NCBI RefSeq assembly: GCF_032191835.1
Contig: NC_083237.1
Coordinates: 19,654,001-19,718,000, forward strand
Length of the DNA stretch: 64,000 nt
Origin: Heteronotia binoei
Lineage: Eukaryota
Direction of reading: 5' to 3'
The position numbers and the translations under genes are program-made. Under the pieces are notes generated by a model. It saw only the letters and a list, made by a program, of their open reading frames with translations. It had not been told where the DNA came from and did no database searches. Positions 12,481 to 22,472 of this stretch are shown here, in pieces (the first letter of the stretch is position 1; each line of letters opens with the position of its first letter).

Positions 12481-12595
12481 GTGAGTGCTGGCTGACCTTA
12501 TATAGCAGGAACCCTGGAAGGCAACCAGGCTTGAGAAGGGGATCCTCAACAGTTCTTCTTGAAGGAAGCTGAGAGCACACACATATCAGGTAAGT
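12481..12595 (+). promoter_or_regulatory. Predicted promoter and non-coding first exon of RNase gene 1
   Basis: TATATAG at 12499-12505; donor AG|GTAAGT at 12590; a second donor-like GTGAGT at 12481. All three motifs are kept in all four units. The predicted intron 12590-15665 ends at tttgcAG 30 nt before the ATG. Confidence 0.6.
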
Positions 12596-13305
12596 TCAAC
12601 GCCTTCATATCCCACTTCTAAAGAGGGCAAGAGACAGTGAGGGTAGATAAAGAAGCACTTTTCTCCCTTTCCCACTGTAAGAACTCATGGACACCCCATG
12701 AAATTGATGAGCAGTAGGCTTCAAACAGATCGAAGGAAGTCCTTCTTCACCTAAAGAGTCAGATGGAATTCACTGCTGCAGGGAGTGGTGGCAGATATGG
12801 GCATAGACAGCTTCAAGAGGGAATTGGATAAAGACATGGAGCAGTGTTCCATCTGTGCCCACAAGGTATAGATGGAACACTTTGTCCAGGGCAGTGATGT
12901 CCTTGAGTCTTGGGGGAATTACAACTGGCTACAGAGACGAATGCCCCAGGAGCATTTCAAAATGGCACTAAACTCCAAAAGGCTTGAGCCTTTTGAAATC
13001 TTACTGGAGACTTTCTGTCCCATTGTAGTATTTGGATGCACTGAAAAAAAAAATCGTGTGGATTTTGCTGCTGTTTGCAACTTATAGATGCATCAGAAAC
13101 ACTTTGATATTTTTTTCTGAGCTTTTGTCTTTGCTTGAGATACGTTGTTGGAGCCCCCTATGCTAGAAGAGGATTTGAAGCAGAAATAATCAAGTCGACC
13201 TGTTCATTGGGACTCCTTTGATGGAACTGTGAAACTTTTGTGGAATTGTTATTGCTATTTAGTCTTCTACTGAACATATTGTATGATTTTGTTTCAATAC
13301 ATTCT

Positions 13306-13871
13306 TAGAGAGCCACTTTGGAGTAGTGGTTAAGCGTGCGGACACTTATCTGGGAGAACCGGGTTTGATTCCCCCCTCCTCCACTTGCAGCTGCTGGAAT
13401 GGCCTTGGGTCAGCCATGGGCCTTGCAGAGAAGAAGAATAAGAAGAATTGCAGATTTATACCCCACACTTCTCCCTGAATCAGAGACTCAGAGTGTCTTA
13501 CAATCTCCCATATCTTCTCTCCCCACAACAGACACCCTGTGAGGCGGGTTGGGCTGAGAGGGCTCTCATAGCAGCTGCCCTTTCAACGACAACTCCTGAT
13601 ATAAGTATGGGTAACCCAAGTCCATTCCAACAAGTGCAGGTGGAGGAGTGGGGAATCAAAGCCGGTTCTTCCAGGTAAGAGTCCACCCACTTAACCACTA
13701 CACCAAACTGGCTCTCCACACCATACTGGCTCTCCTTTGAAAGGGCAGCTTCTGGGAGAACTCTCTCAGCCCCACCCACCTCACACTGCATCTGTATTGG
13801 TGGAGGAAGATAAAGGAGATTGTAAGGTGCTCTGATATTCAGAGTGAAGGGCAGTGTATAAATACAATATC
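13306..13871 (+). mobile_element. Squam3-like SINE with a nested reverse-orientation Squam3-like SINE (13431-13716)
   Basis: Forward head at 13306, reverse copy ending caccaaactggctctc, forward body resumes near 13737. Same nesting in B and C; the D copy (~53560-53820) is not interrupted. Confidence 0.8.
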
Positions 13872-14306
13872 CAGGGGTCATTTCGTATAAAAAGAGGTGC
13901 CAGAGTTAATTACTACAACTCATTTGAATATGCCAAACACCCCTGACATCACCAGAAGGTGCACTAAATTATATCAGCTTATTAGTCAAATCAAGCTCAG
14001 CATCTACCTTAAAATGTTTCTTTATAATTGCCACAATAAAACCTTACTCCCATCATCCTTTCTCAGTTACTTTCTCCTAGGTGGCCACAGTGGCATGATG
14101 AAGGTTTCCATCTCTCTGCTTTATCTGTTTTGGTTCTCCTTTTTTTGTGGGGGAAAAATATTAGAAAGTTTGTCAAATCTTAGAGCTCAGCAAAATTCTC
14201 ACAGGGGGTTTGAACAATGGAGCCCAGAAGCAAGTATGTTTTTTTGTTGGGAGGGGGTAAGAAAGAAAGAACACAATGAAATTCAGAGGTTCCTTTTACA
14301 GCTTAA

Positions 14307-14642
14307 GAGCCCCATGGCGCAGAGTGTTAAAGCTGCAGTACTGCAGTCTGAACTCTCTGCTCACGACCTGAGTTTGATCTCAGCAGAAGCTGGGTTTTCA
14401 GGTAGCTGGCTCAGGTTGACTCAGCCTTCCATCCTTCCGAGGTTGGTAAAACGAGTACCCAGCTTGCTGGGGGGAAAGTGTAGATGACTGGGGAAGGCAA
14501 TGGCAAACCATCCCGTAAAAAGTCTGCCATGAAAATGTTGTGGAAGCAACGTCACCCCAGAGTCGGAAACAACTGGGGCTTGCACAGGGGACCTTTCCTT
14601 TCCTTTCCTTTCCTTTCCTTTCCTTTCCTTTCCTTTCCTTTC
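14307..14642 (+). mobile_element. Sauria-type SINE with an expanded (TTTCC)n tail; paralog at 26383-26683, truncated in C; another copy at 52986-53252
   Basis: gagccccatggcgcagagtg head, Bov-B-like tail ggggaaggcaatggcaaacc, flanking CAGCTTAA duplication. Confidence 0.75.
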
Positions 14643-14903
14643 CAGCTTAATAGTATAAAACTATGCTTTTTTTGACAGTTTGATATCGTAAGATACGAAC
14701 ATGTTAACAGAACTATACATGACTTTGTTAAGTCTCACTTGTAGAGAAAAAAAATTAACTTGGAATGCTTTTTAAATGATCTATATTTTATGGAATGATG
14801 CAGATCAGAAATAGCGATATTCTACCTTACTCCCATTTCCTCTTTCCCTTTTCTTTTTTTCAAACTTGAATAAAAATATTTAAAACCAAAGTTTAGAAGT
14901 TCC

Positions 14904-15586
14904 CAGGGCTTTTCTTTGAGCAGGAACGCACAGGAACGCAGTTCTAGCTGGCCTGGTGTCAGGGGGTGTGACCTAATATGCAAATGAGTGTCTGCTGGGC
15001 TTTTTCTTCAAAACCCCTGTGTGAAACAATGGTGACATCAGGGGGTGTGACCTAATATGCAAATGAGTGTCTGCTGGACTTTTGCTACAAAACCCCTGGT
15101 GTGAACCAATGGTGACATCAGGGGCGTGGCCTGATATGCAAATGAGCTCCTGCTGGGATTTTTCAAAAAAAAAACCCTGTGTGAAACAATGGTGACATCA
15201 GGGGGTGTGGCCTAATATGCAAATGAGCGTCTGCTGGGCTTTTCCTACCCAAAAGCCCTGTGTGAAACAATGGTGACATCAGGGGATGTGGCCTGATATG
15301 CAAATGAGTTCCTGCTGGGCTTCTTCTACCAAACCCCCCCTGTGTGAAACAATGGTGACATCAGGGGGTGTGGCCTGATATGCAAATGAGTTCCTGCTGG
15401 GCTTTTTCTACCAACCCCCCCTGTGTGAAACAATGGTGACATCAGGGGGTGTGGCCTGATATGCAAATGAGTTCCTGCTGGGCTTCTTCTACCAAACCCC
15501 CCTGTGTGAAACAATGGTGACATCAGGCGGTGTGGCCTGATATGCAAATGAGTTCCTGCTGGGCTTTTTCTACCAAAAAAGCCCTG
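14904..15586. repeat. hAT MITE with an internal ~80-bp minisatellite carrying 8 ATGCAAAT octamers
   Basis: TIRs cagggctttt / aaaaaagccctg; TSD GAAGTTCC / GAGGTTCC; octamers at 14978, 15057, 15136, 15217, 15298, 15380, 15461 and 15542. Confidence 0.9.
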
Positions 15587-15695
15587 GAGGTTCCTCTCCT
15601 GTGAGCTCCTGCCCAAAAGGAGGCCTGCCAATTTCATCTTGTGTCTCCTTCTACCACCTTTGCAGGCCAGGAGCTCAGCTCCGAAGGTCCCAGCG

Positions 15696-16121
15696 ATGTC
15701 TCCCTCCGGCTACGCCCTTTGCCTCCTGCTCCTGGTGGCGGCCGTCTGGCTGTGGCTGCCCTGCTGCGAAGGCAAGCGCTTCCGACACTTCCTGAGCAAG
15801 CACCAGGACAACCCCAAGTCCTACTATGGCGATGACAACAACTACTGCAACAACATGATGCCCCGCAAGGGCCTTAGATGCCAGAGGAGAAACACCTTCA
15901 TCCATGCCACGGAGCGGCAGCTGAGGTCCATCTGCAATCGTGGAGGGCAGATCCAGAACGGCATCACCACCAGCAGGGACATATTCTCCATCACCACCTG
16001 CAAACGGAAGAGGAGGGGCTGGTTCAGGAGGCAGTGCAGGTACAACGGGAAGAGCAAGACAAGGAAAATCCGGGTCTTTTGCAGGAAAGGCAAGCCGGTC
16101 CGCTTCCTCTCCCACCTGTAG
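15696..16121 (+). CDS. RNase A superfamily protein 1 (141 aa; secreted, cationic, catalytic Lys/His replaced)
   Basis: Signal peptide MSPSG...CCEG; FLSKHQD (His12 motif), YCNNMM, CQRRNTFIH (CKxxNTF-like), six Cys, PVRF in place of PVHF. Single coding exon after acceptor AG at 15664-15665. Confidence 0.93.
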   Translation: MSPSGYALCLLLLVAAVWLWLPCCEGKRFRHFLSKHQDNPKSYYGDDNNYCNNMMPRKGLRCQRRNTFIHATERQLRSICNRGGQIQNGITTSRDIFSITTCKRKRRGWFRRQCRYNGKSKTRKIRVFCRKGKPVRFLSHL

Positions 16122-16431
16122 CCTCATGAGAAAGGCGGCTGCTCCTCCCATCGGGGAAATAAGAGCCCCTCTGGCTTCTCTGGCTCGCCGCTCGATGCCC
16201 TTGCATCTCTCACAGCACCCAGAGCTCATCATAATGCTCTGCAAATTCTTACCCATCCCTTCAAATATAAAGCACCAGCTAAGCAGCTGGTGATGTCTCC
16301 TCGCCTCTTTGGGATGAAGACAAAGCACGGTCATGGCGCTCGGCCACGGCAAAAGCCCCAGTTGCTCCTGCAGCCTCCAGAAGGTGTCTGTCTCGTTCCT
16401 GTTTCCCTGCTGCTGCTCCCCCCCCCTATAC

Positions 16432-16437
16432 AATAAA
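16432..16437 (+). terminator. Polyadenylation signal of gene 1
   Basis: AATAAA followed ~20 nt later by GT-rich tgttgtgttg; same context in genes 2-4. Confidence 0.75.
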
Positions 16438-16567
16438 GGCATTTATCATAATGAATGTTGTGTTGAATTCCTTGCACTGGACCACCCTGTGGTTTTTCCC
16501 AGGAAGATACGGTTTCAGAGATTAGCCGTGTTGGTCTGCAACAGAGCAGCTCGGTTTGAGGCCAGGA

Positions 16568-17234
16568 CGTCACCGTGTTGACAGGACCACGGAGGAGAAA
16601 CTCAGCCACAACAAAGAAAAAACTCTCTGCATAAAATACAATACTAGCTTGTTATGAATAATAAGTATCACAATACAAAAAAGAATATCGCCAGTACACA
16701 TCCTCTGAGTCATTCCAAGTTAAAACCTCATAAGGTCCACAATGCTCCTACGGGCCTTATGTGGCTCAAGGTCACTATATTAAATTCAGTACAGGGTTTG
16801 GAAAAAGGGTCCAACGGAGAACCAGTCTGCTTTGCAAGCCGTTTCGGATCTCAAATCCTTCTTCTAGGGACCAATCTTGTGAATATTGTACAGTTTTCTA
16901 GGTCCAGTAGTGCCAAAAATATTCAGTCATCAACTGTGTCAGTCCTGAGTTCCTAGCTTCCTCTAATTTTCATTCATAATAGCGGAAATGCCATAGTGAA
17001 ATACAATCCTTGTCAGCAATGCAGCAATATTGACATACTGGGGATGTGTGTGGGGGATGCCTGTGTTGTTGACAAGGATTCTATTTCACTATGGCATTCC
17101 CGCTATTAGGCATGAAAATTAGAGGAAGCTAGGAATTCAGGACCCACATGGTTGATGACTGATTATTTTTGGCACTACTGAACCTAAAAAATTGTATAAT
17201 ATTCTCAAGATTGGTCCCTAGAAGAAGGATTTGA
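16568..17234. mobile_element. Junction insert A/B: Penelope-like element remnant ending in a ~384-bp palindrome (16851-17234)
   Basis: Arms of ~165 bp (tcaaatccttcttctagggacc... / ...ggtccctagaagaaggatttga) around a ~50-bp spacer. Minus strand reads ccctagaagaaggatttgagatccgaaacgg, resembling a pLTR hammerhead motif. Confidence 0.6.
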
Positions 17235-20200
17235 CCCATCCAGTCCAACACTCTGTGTCACACAGTGGCCAAAAAACCCAAGTGCCATCAGGAGGTCCAC
17301 CAGTGGGGTCAGGAGAAGAGAAGTCCTCACACAATGGCCCCTCACAAGCACCAAGAATACGGAGCATCACTACCCGAGACAGAGAGTTCCAACGATAAGC
17401 TGTGGCTAATAGCCACTGATGGACCTCTGCTCCATATGTTTATCCAAATAAAACTTTGTTGGACTTAAAGGTGCCACTGGACTCACACTTTGTTCTCATG
17501 GATTTTGTTTGTCTGATGTAGTGGGATCTAGACTGTATGAAGGATGGGATAATTTGGGCAGAGACTGGGGAAAATGGAAGGAATATTCATTTAGCGGAGT
17601 GCTCAACGCAGCGGTGACACGAAGGGTATCGTTATCTTTGCAAAAACTAAAGTGAGCCCTTTATTCTTAGAAACTGAATTCTAGTCAGGGTAGAGACAGG
17701 ATTCTAATCTAACTAGGATGGACAGAGATGCAGAAAGTGTGTCTTGCCCTCCCAGGGTCAAGATGGAGAAGAGCGTGAAGAGAAGGCGTCAGCTGAAAGA
17801 AAGGAAGATTCTCCGAGAGTAAAAGGTGAGACATTGAAGGAATAGCAGCAGAAAGGAAGGATGTTTGGGGTCCTGACCTCTCCATCTTGCTGATTCTCTA
17901 TAGCCCCCTCCCCCGAAGTCCATGGCTCAGAGACAGTGCAAAGTTCTTCACTTCCAACAAAAACACAGTTGTGTGATTCCATGATGTCATTTCCTGGTAT
18001 CCATATTATTCAATGAACCCCCCCTCCTCCAAGTTTTCTCCTCATCACTCCATTGAGGGTGGGTGGGTGCCAAGCAGTGGGGACGGGAGGTGACAACCTG
18101 GTAAGACTAGCTCCAGGTAATGCAAACTTATGCTGGAATGTCAGTCTGTAGGCAGACACAAAATCCCAATTTAATTTCTTCTGCAAGAGAGGCAAATGCT
18201 GCAATGCTAAGGACTTTTTCTTGGAAATTAGGTTGCCAACCTCCTGCTTGGTTCTGGAGAGCTCTCCAAATTACACCTGATCTCCAGACATCAGTTCCCT
18301 TGGAGAAAGTGGCTGCCAGGTCTACTTCAAATGCCCTCCAACGGAGCCCTGAGATTGTCTTTGCTGGGCATTTTTCAAATGTAAGAGCTTCTGAGGCAAG
18401 GGTGCCCAGCTCTGAGTTGGGAAATTCCAGACGATTTAAGGGTGGAGCCAGGGGAGGGTTCAATTTGGAGAGGAGAGGGACCTCAGCAAGGTATAATGCC
18501 ACAGAGTCCAGCTGCATGGGTCAGGATGCAGCTGGAGTTCTGGAAGCCTCACTTCAAGAAGGATGTGGACAGAATGGAGGAAGTGCAGAGGAGAGTGACG
18601 AGGATGATCAGGGGCCTGGAGACCAAGCCCTAGGAGAAAAGGCTGAGGGAGTATGGAATGTCCAGTGTGGAGAAGAGGAGGTTGAGGGGGGACATGATGG
18701 TTCTCTTGAGGTATCTGAAGGGCTTGCTCTTGAGGAGGGCAGGGAGTTATTCCTGTTGGCAGCAGAGGAGATGACTTACAACAATGGGTTCCAACTAAGG
18801 GCAGGTAGGTACCGGCTGGACATTAGGAAAACCTAGGAGAGCCAGTTCGGTGTAGTGGTTAAGTGTGCGGACTCTTATCTGGGAGAACCAGGTTTGATTC
18901 CTCACTCCTCTGCTGGCAGCTGCTAGCATGGCCTTGGCTCAGCCATAGCTCTGGCAGCGGTTGTTCTTGAAAGGGCAGCTGCTGTGAGAGCCCCCTCCAG
19001 CCCCACCCACCTCACAGGGTGTCTGTTGTGGGGGAGGAAGGTAAAGGAGATTGTGAACCTCTCTGAGACTCTTTGGAGTGGAGGGCGGGATATAAATCCA
19101 ATATCATCATCATCTTCTTTTTTACAGTCAGAGTTGTTCTCTGGAATGGACAGTGGAATGGACTAACGAGGGAGGTAGTGAGCCCCCCCCTCCTCACTGG
19201 CAGTCTTTAAACTGCGGCTGGACAAACCCTTGTCAGGGATGCTCTAGGTTGATCCTAAACTGAGCAGGGGGCTACACTAGAGGGCCTGTGTGCCCCTTCT
19301 AACTCTGTGATTCTATGAAATCACTTCTAATTCCGAGAAGTCTCCAGGGCCACCTGGGCATTGGCCACCCTCCTGAGGTTGTCTATGCTTTGTAGTTGTT
19401 GTCATCAAATCGCAGCTCACTTACAGTGACCCCCAGTAGGATTTTCCAGGCGAGAGAGGTCCAGAGGTGGGTTGCTGTGGCCTGTCTTCGTGTCATGACC
19501 CTGGTCTTCCCTGGTCTGTGCTGGAACAAATTCAAGATATTCTTCATAACATGCCGTCCTCTCTAAACTTTAGAGAGAAGTGGGCAAAAGATCTAACCAG
19601 AGAGGAACCAAACCTTTTGTAACACCTAATTTGGGGAACTCTTTGTGTGTTCCAACACAGGTCAGTTGGTGGTTTACATAACCAACAGGAGAAGGTTGTA
19701 AAAGGAGGCTTCCGATATTTTTTCAGGAGGCAGGTCAGGAAACGGGAAGGATTAGCCCAGAGTGGGGGTTGTGACAAGACCTCTTGTGGGAAGATTCCAG
19801 TGGAAGCCAGGGCCTGTTGGGGACATCATGGCCAGATGACTGCCAAATCATAGCCTTCCACATTCAACAGCCTCAGATTCAGGGCCAGTGCATGGGAGTA
19901 GGCAGTTGCCTAGGGCGCCACCTGGCCTGGGGGCACCACTGGATGCCCCCTCTCTGACGCATGACTCTGGCTCCTGACCGCTGTCCCCTTGTCCTCTCCC
20001 ATCACCAAGCTGCCCTCAACAAAGCCAAGCCACCCCCCTCTCCCTGATGTGTGACTTGGCCTCCCACCTCATCCTATCCTGCCACCCTCCTTCCTGGAGT
20101 GGCCAGCAAGCACTTATTCTCACAATTTTTTTTATAACATTACAATGTTTTTGCAAAATTAAAAATCAGTAAATTAAAAATTTGAAAAGTTTCAAGTTTG

Positions 20201-22114
20201 GTGCTCTTCAATTTCCCTATATTTTTTAATAATGGGGAGGGGGCGTTAGTGGGTGACTCGCCTACACTGCCCAAAAGCCAAGCACCGGCCCTGCTCAGAT
20301 TAGCTTAGACTCACTGCTCCTTTGACCTTTTTGCCAAACCAAAGAAAAGAAAACCAAAGAAAAACAAATAATCTGCATTCCTCCCAAAGGAAGATGCCCC
20401 TGAATGTAAAACGATCCTCCTCAACAAAGTTATTCACAAAACTGTACAAAACTGTAACTTGTACATGAATTTCAGTGGGTGCTGGGGTTGCCAAACTCCA
20501 GATGGGGTCTGGAGATCTCCTGGAATGATAGCCGAACTCCGGACTGCAGTGATAAGGTCCCCTGGAGAAAATGATTCTGCTGCTTTTAGGTGGGCTCTGT
20601 AGCACACTGAAGGTTTTCTAGCGGCTGTCAGAGCTGCCAACTCTGGGTGATTCCTGGAGATTTAGGGGGGGGCCCTGGGGGGGAGGGGGGGTTTAGGGAG
20701 AGAAGGAACCGCAGTAGGGTAGAATTCCATGAAGTCCACCCACTGAAGCAGCCATTTTCTTCATGGGAAGTGTCCTTTGGAGAACAGTTGTGATTTTGGA
20801 AGATCTCCACGCCTTACCTAGTTGATAGCAACCCTAGGCTAAGGCAATGTACTAGGACCTAACCAGGGGTTGAATTCAGCAGGAGCTCACAGGAGCACCG
20901 CTCCTGAACCTCCAGCCAGGGTCTGCATGCATTGGGGAGTTCTCTCCCTGCTTCACACAGATCCCGGGGTATATGCAAATGAGATATGCTACTGAGCTCC
21001 TGAACCTTTTTTTCTACAAAATGACTCCTGGACCTAACAAATCATTACCTATAAAATGAGAAAGAGAGGAGTAAATGAATATATGGAGCTCTTTCATGCG
21101 ATGGTGTAGTAGTGTAATGTAGTGGCTAAAAGCAGCAGACTGTAATATGGAGATCCGGCTTTGATTTCCCTCTCTTCTACATGAGGCCTGCTGGGTGACT
21201 TTGGGTCAGTCACAGTTCTCTCAGAACTCTCCCAGGCCGCCCTACAGCTCTCATTTTGGGCAGGAGCTCACAGGAGCAGAGCTCTGGAACCCCTAAATTT
21301 TATTGTGTTCTTTCTTCTTAAGCCACCCCTCTCCCCTCCAAAAAATACATGCTTCTTGGCTCCATTGTTCAAATCCACTGTGAGAATTTTGCTGAACTCT
21401 AAGATATGACAAACTTTTCTAATATTTCCCCCCACCAAAAATGGGAAAAAATAACCAAAACATATAAAGCAGATGGATGGAAATCTTCCTCATGCCACTG
21501 TGGCCACAGAGGGGAAAGCAAATTAAAAAGTAAGATGGGAGTAAGGTTTTATTATGACCATTATAATTTGAGAAGCATTTTAAGGTATACGCTGAGCTAA
21601 TAGGATTTAGTACACCTTCGGGCGACGACTGGGGTGTGTGGCAAATGCAAATGAGTTGTGCTAATGAGCTCTGGCATCTCTTTTTCTATTAAATGACCCC
21701 TTCACAGGGTGTCTGTTGTGGTGAGAGGAAGGAAAGACTATTGTAAGCTGCTATGAGACTCATTTGGGTAGAGAAAAACAGGGTTTAAAAACCTTCTCTT
21801 TTTCTGTTCAACTGAGAGCAAATTTTTTGCCACATCTTGACTGATAACAGACAGGCACTTTGGGCCGACTCAGAGACGTCTTTGAAATTGGCCCCAACCC
21901 CCCCTCCAGACAGCAGCATCTGCCCCCCTTCCCTGACCTGTGCTCACCCTGTCCTCTGGGCCAATCCACCCAGCTCAAAAAGCTTCCACTGCCAAAGTGG
22001 TAGCAAACGTTTGGGCTGGCCACCATTTGCCTCCTGGATGTTTGGAAGGGGAAGGACACACATGAGGTGACTTGGCAGTGTGAAAGCGCCAAGCCGCCCC
22101 TAGCTGTTTCTGGC

Positions 22115-22472
22115 TTTTTTTCCTTTTCCTTTTTCAGTTTTATTTATACAAAATGCCTTGAGTGAAAATCAAACAGTAAGAGGAAAAACTGATGATCAGA
22201 TTCCAAGCAAGTCAGTTCCTTTCCCCATCCAAAGGCAACCAGTAACTTGGCATTGTTTGCTCGTATTTTTTCCAGCCCTTTCTTGTAATGTTTCTTTGCA
22301 AAGCGCATGTTCCTCAGGAACTTGGGACCAACCCCCTTCAGAGATTCGTATCCATGTGATCTGGGCTTCTTAATGTCATTTCTGTGCCGTTTGCGAGACT
22401 GGTTGTGAGTGGGGTGGTTCTTGGACTTGGCCATAGCTGAAACCTCCGTCGCCACTGCCGCTGGGACGGCAA
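22115..22472 (-). pseudogene. RPL29: RPL29 processed pseudogene (unit B copy)
   Basis: [20 protein letters not shown]...ANNAK from ATG at 22434; the 5' TOP end is deleted relative to A. Confidence 0.92.

Larger units (their letters stand above)
13872..15627. mobile_element. hAT-like element (caggggtcattt...aaa(t/g)gaggcctg) inserted in the SINE tail, carrying nested insertions
   Basis: Imperfect TIRs; TSD ACAATATC / CCAATTTC in A (right copy CCAATATC in B and C); equivalent element present in all four units. Confidence 0.65.
4528..16567 (+). repeat. Segmental duplication unit A (contains RNase gene 1)
   Basis: Colinear with 17235-28106, 28772-42638 and 44094-56583; begins at cccatccag and ends at gccagga. 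Confidence 0.9.

Noticed and set aside
13897-14487. 196-aa ORF and paralogs (25973, 40781, 54534)
   Set aside because: Read-through across a hAT element and a SINE; no protein motif; frames not conserved.
14904-15586. CRISPR-like regular repeat array
   Set aside because: Units are whole tandem copies without unique spacers, inside a TIR/TSD-bounded MITE in vertebrate DNA.
15639-15695. N-terminal extensions of the RNase ORFs in the ORF track (also 27109, 41732, 55540, 61422)
   Set aside because: They start at non-ATG codons in intron or TE sequence upstream of the splice acceptor; the ATG at MSPSG/MMSPK gives a proper signal peptide.
15675-16442. 255-aa antisense ORF over gene 1, and similar ones over genes 2-5
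   Set aside because: Shadow frames of GC3-rich coding sequence; no recognisable domain, and lengths and start codons vary between paralogs.
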